A stretch of 48,513 nucleotides of DNA. It comes from Burkholderiales bacterium (lineage in GTDB: Bacteria > Pseudomonadota > Gammaproteobacteria > Burkholderiales > SG8-39). Position numbers and translations under genes: made by a program. Position 1 is the stretch's first letter. Every line of letters begins with the position of its first letter. Of the stretch, positions 46,236 to 48,513 are shown in pieces. The notes beneath the pieces were generated by a model. It was not told the DNA's origin. It saw only the letters and a list, made by a program, of their open reading frames with translations, and ran no database searches. Location: positions 1-48,513 of the forward strand of contig CAXNIK010000001.1 in the NCBI GenBank assembly GCA_964202115.1, given 5' to 3'.

Positions 46236-46757
46236 ATGAGATCAGCACTGATATTCCTGCTCGCCCTGCTGGTCGCCGGGTGTGCAACCTATAGCGGTGC
46301 CGAACTCCTGCCGGGTAGTTCCACAGCCGCGCAGGTGGAGGCGGTCATGGGGCCGCCGGCGGAAAAGGTTTCCCTCTCCACCGGAGACACGGTCTGGTTT
46401 TATCCCAACCAGCCCTACGGCCGGGTCAGCTACGCAGTGGTGCTGGGCGCCGATGGCATCGTGCGCAGCGTCGAGCAGCGCCTCACCGAGAAGAGCATGC
46501 AACGCATCGTGCCCGACAGCAGCACCATGCAGGAGGTGCGCGCGCTGCTGGGACCGCCCACGGCAGTGGTGCGCTATCCGAACCGTAATGGCGATTCCTG
46601 GGAATACAACATGCTCGGCGGGCCGATCAATGACTGGAAGATCCTGTCGGTGCGCTTTGATCAGGCGGGCCTGGTCAGGGATGTGAGCTACGTCGATGAC
46701 CCGGACTCGCCGCGGCTGAGGAGGCGCGGGGGTTTCCGGTTTTCCCTGGGTTTCTGA
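46236..46757 (+). CDS. Lipoprotein with two BamE/SmpA-OmlA-like repeats
   Basis: This is the in-frame ATG within track ORF 46089..46757. MRSALIFLLALLVAGCATYSG carries an LVAGC lipobox. Two segments (AQVEAVMGPPAEK..., MQEVRALLGPPTAVV...) resemble the BamE fold signature. Confidence 0.65.
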   Translation: MRSALIFLLALLVAGCATYSGAELLPGSSTAAQVEAVMGPPAEKVSLSTGDTVWFYPNQPYGRVSYAVVLGADGIVRSVEQRLTEKSMQRIVPDSSTMQEVRALLGPPTAVVRYPNRNGDSWEYNMLGGPINDWKILSVRFDQAGLVRDVSYVDDPDSPRLRRRGGFRFSLGF

Positions 46758-46789
46758 GCGACGGCCGGTTCATAAAGTGGAATAGTGCA

Positions 46790-46861
46790 GATAATAATCA
46801 TCATGTACATCTTTTTCTGAAAAGCACTTCTATGTAAAAACGATAATAATATTCATGTAGC
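46790..46861 (+). promoter_or_regulatory. Two Fur-box-like 19-mers, 52 nt apart, in an AT-rich gap upstream of the small ORF and MFS exporter
   Basis: GATAATAATCATCATGTAC (46790-46808) matches the GATAATGATAATCATTATC consensus at 14 of 19 positions. GATAATAATATTCATGTAG (46842-46860) matches at 13 of 19. Both counts are by hand. Confidence 0.4.
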
Positions 46862-46987
46862 CCAGAACTTCGGCCGGGCATCACCCCGTCGGCAATGAGA
46901 TAATCATCGCTCCAGGCAGTCTGCAGGGCGCGCAAGAAAGCCCACAGCAGCCGGTCGCGAATTCCTTCCCAACCTCTGGATGGCGCA

Positions 46988-47134
46988 ATGAACGAAGCAG
47001 GCAATGATCAGCCGCGTCCGGAGCCCGTCCGCTGGTACAAGAGCGTGCCGTTCAGGATGGCCATGCTGGTTTTGTTCGCAGTTGTCTTTTCCTGGTTGTT
47101 GGGCTTCGTGGTCAGGGCCATTGCGCCGTTTTAG
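46988..47134 (+). CDS. Possible 48-aa small membrane protein
   Basis: Below the track threshold. MNEAGNDQPRPEPVRWYKSVPFRMAMLVLFAVVFSWLLGFVVRAIAPF* has one clear hydrophobic helix. No convincing SD was seen. Its stop sits in the 18-nt tandem repeat that also carries the MFS start. Confidence 0.3.
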   Translation: MNEAGNDQPRPEPVRWYKSVPFRMAMLVLFAVVFSWLLGFVVRAIAPF

Positions 47135-47155
47135 TCCATGGCGCCGTTCTAGCCC

Positions 47156-48400
47156 ATGAGCGAGCCTGGCGCTTTCAGGCGCACCTTCTCCTCGCTGCGG
47201 CACCGCAACTACCGCCTGCTGTGGACTGGCACCATCGTCTCCAATTCCGGGGACTGGATGGACCAGATCGCGCTCAACTGGCTGGTGATGGAGCTGACCC
47301 ACTCGCCCCTGAGCCTGGGGCTGGTGAATCTGTTCCGTGCCATCCCGGTGCTGATCCTCATGCCCCTGGGCGGCGTCATCGCCGACAAGTGGGAGCGTCG
47401 CCGGATACTGGTGGTGATGCAGACGCTGTCCATGCTGCTCGCACTGGCGCTGGGCGTGCTGGTCACCACCGGGTACGGTGAGGTGTGGCCGATCTACTTG
47501 ATCTCGGTGCTGCGCGGCATGGTCACCGCCTTCAACACCCCGGCGCAGCAGTCCATCATTTCCGACCTGGTGCCCAGGACGGATCTGGCCAATGCCGTGG
47601 CGCTGAACTCGGCCACCATCCACCTCACGCGCGTGCTGGGGCCGTCGATCGGCGGCGTTCTCATCGTCATCCTGGGCCTGGACTGGCTGTTCTACCTCAA
47701 TGCGCTCAGCTATATCGCCATTCTGTACACGCTGTACCTGTTGCCTGATTTAGGCACCCTGGAAAAGAAGGGCGGCGGCCCCCTGCAGGACATGACCGAT
47801 GGCTTTCGCTACATCCGCGGTCACGAGATGATTTTCTTCCTGGTGCTGCTGGCGGTGGTGCCCATGGTGTTCGGCCAGCCCTATCTCACCATGCTGGCGG
47901 TGTTCGCCCACGGCGTGCTGAATGTGGGACCGGCCGGACTGGGCCTGCTGATGTCGGTCGCCTCGCTGGGCGCGGTGACCGGCGCGCTCACCGTGGCCGG
48001 ACGCAGGCGCGGCCCGCGCATCGTCCTGATGATAGGCGGCATCATGCTGTTCGGCCTGTCGCTGATACTGTTTTCATTCAGCACCTCCATGCTGCCGGCG
48101 CTGGTGTTCCTGTTCATCGCGGGCGCGTCCAATGTGCACTACAACTCCACCAACAACGCGCTGATACAGGGCCTGGCCGAGGACCGATACCGCGGCCGGG
48201 TGCTCTCCATACTGCAGTTGAGCCGCGGGGTGGTGCCGATGGGGTCGGCGATCACGGGTTTCCTGGCCGAGGTGTTCGGCGCGCCCGCGGCGCTGGCGGG
48301 CATGTCCTCCATGCTGATCGTGCTGGGTGGAATTGCCTACGTGGTGCGTCCGAAGACCATGATTACGGCCGATGGCGAGGAAGTGCCGCTGAAGCGTTGA
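47156..48400 (+). CDS. MFS transporter, EntS/MFS_3 (enterobactin-exporter-like) type
   Basis: Track ORF of 414 aa. The N-terminus FRRTFSSLRHRNYRLLWTGTIVSNSGDWMDQIALNWLV is characteristic of this MFS subfamily. About 12 hydrophobic segments are visible. Confidence 0.85.
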   Translation: MSEPGAFRRTFSSLRHRNYRLLWTGTIVSNSGDWMDQIALNWLVMELTHSPLSLGLVNLFRAIPVLILMPLGGVIADKWERRRILVVMQTLSMLLALALGVLVTTGYGEVWPIYLISVLRGMVTAFNTPAQQSIISDLVPRTDLANAVALNSATIHLTRVLGPSIGGVLIVILGLDWLFYLNALSYIAILYTLYLLPDLGTLEKKGGGPLQDMTDGFRYIRGHEMIFFLVLLAVVPMVFGQPYLTMLAVFAHGVLNVGPAGLGLLMSVASLGAVTGALTVAGRRRGPRIVLMIGGIMLFGLSLILFSFSTSMLPALVFLFIAGASNVHYNSTNNALIQGLAEDRYRGRVLSILQLSRGVVPMGSAITGFLAEVFGAPAALAGMSSMLIVLGGIAYVVRPKTMITADGEEVPLKR

Positions 48401-48420
48401 CGGGCGGTGACAGGCCCTGC

Positions 48421-48451
48421 CGTTCGCTCTGGGACAAGCTCAGGGCGAACG
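48421..48451. terminator. 13-bp hairpin between the convergent MFS gene and the partial Bug gene
   Basis: CGTTCGCTCTGGG-acaag-CTCAGGGCGAACG has 11 Watson-Crick and 2 G.U pairs. No T-tract follows on either strand. Confidence 0.4.
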
Positions 48452-48465
48452 GTTCCAGCAGAAAA

Positions 48466-48513
48466 TCAGTCCTCGGCCGTGGCCCCCGACGCCTTCACCA
48501 CTTCGGCCCAGGT
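48466..48513 (-). CDS. Bug/TctC-family protein, partial (last 15 codons only)
   Basis: The minus strand reads TWAEVVKASGATAED*, which matches the Bug C-terminal WxxV(V/I)Kxx(G)(I/A)xxE pattern. Only 45 nt are visible. Confidence 0.45.
   Translation of the reverse strand, partial: TWAEVVKASGATAED

Noticed and set aside
46904-47623. 239-aa minus-strand ORF overlapping the MFS gene start
   Set aside because: It is antisense to the MFS transporter and the small ORF. The product is highly charged Gly/His/Gln/Arg-rich, with no signal of function.

Overview
GC-rich proteobacterial catabolic/accessory region. It is probably from a Burkholderiales-type betaproteobacterium; that is inferred only from the large Bug/TctC expansion. 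No rRNA, tRNA or CRISPR was seen.

Gene content: 15 Bug/TctC-family periplasmic solute-binding protein genes (13 complete, 2 cut by the window edges) plus 2 Bug stumps, with no tctA/tctB membrane partner in the window. They are interleaved with enzyme modules:
- an amidohydrolase and an ICL/PEP-mutase-family enzyme
- a fused CoA-transferase
- an acyl-CoA synthetase with biotin carboxylase beta and alpha subunits
- a TauD/TfdA dioxygenase
- two tandem amidases
- an operon of LLM oxidoreductase, two PEP-mutase-family genes, hydantoinase A and B, and a Bug gene
- an ADP-forming acyl-CoA synthetase with an enoyl-CoA hydratase
- a LysR regulator

A few housekeeping-type genes are also present: a YcgR-like PilZ protein, Hsp15/hslR, a BamE-like lipoprotein and an EntS-like MFS exporter.

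Most notable observations:
1. An in-frame UGA at 5589-5591 joins two ORFs into a 566-aa protein with a U-G-S-C redox motif. A SECIS-like hairpin starts 10 nt downstream, making this a candidate selenoprotein. A stand-alone paralogue of its C-terminal domain lies at 38866-39897.
2. A ~65-120 nt intergenic element occurs in 4 good and 2-3 degenerate copies, always just upstream of minus-strand genes. It has a promoter-like TTGACG-N18-CATACT core and a small palindrome.
3. Three of the good copies directly abut truncated gene stumps (acyl-CoA dehydrogenase, tyrosine integrase, IS3 OrfA). A distant look-alike sits at the outer end of an IS91-family remnant.
4. The window also contains IS remnants, Fur-box-like repeats in front of the MFS exporter, and a visibly mosaic base composition.

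Many long ORFs in the track are mirror-frame artefacts of GC-rich coding DNA and were rejected.
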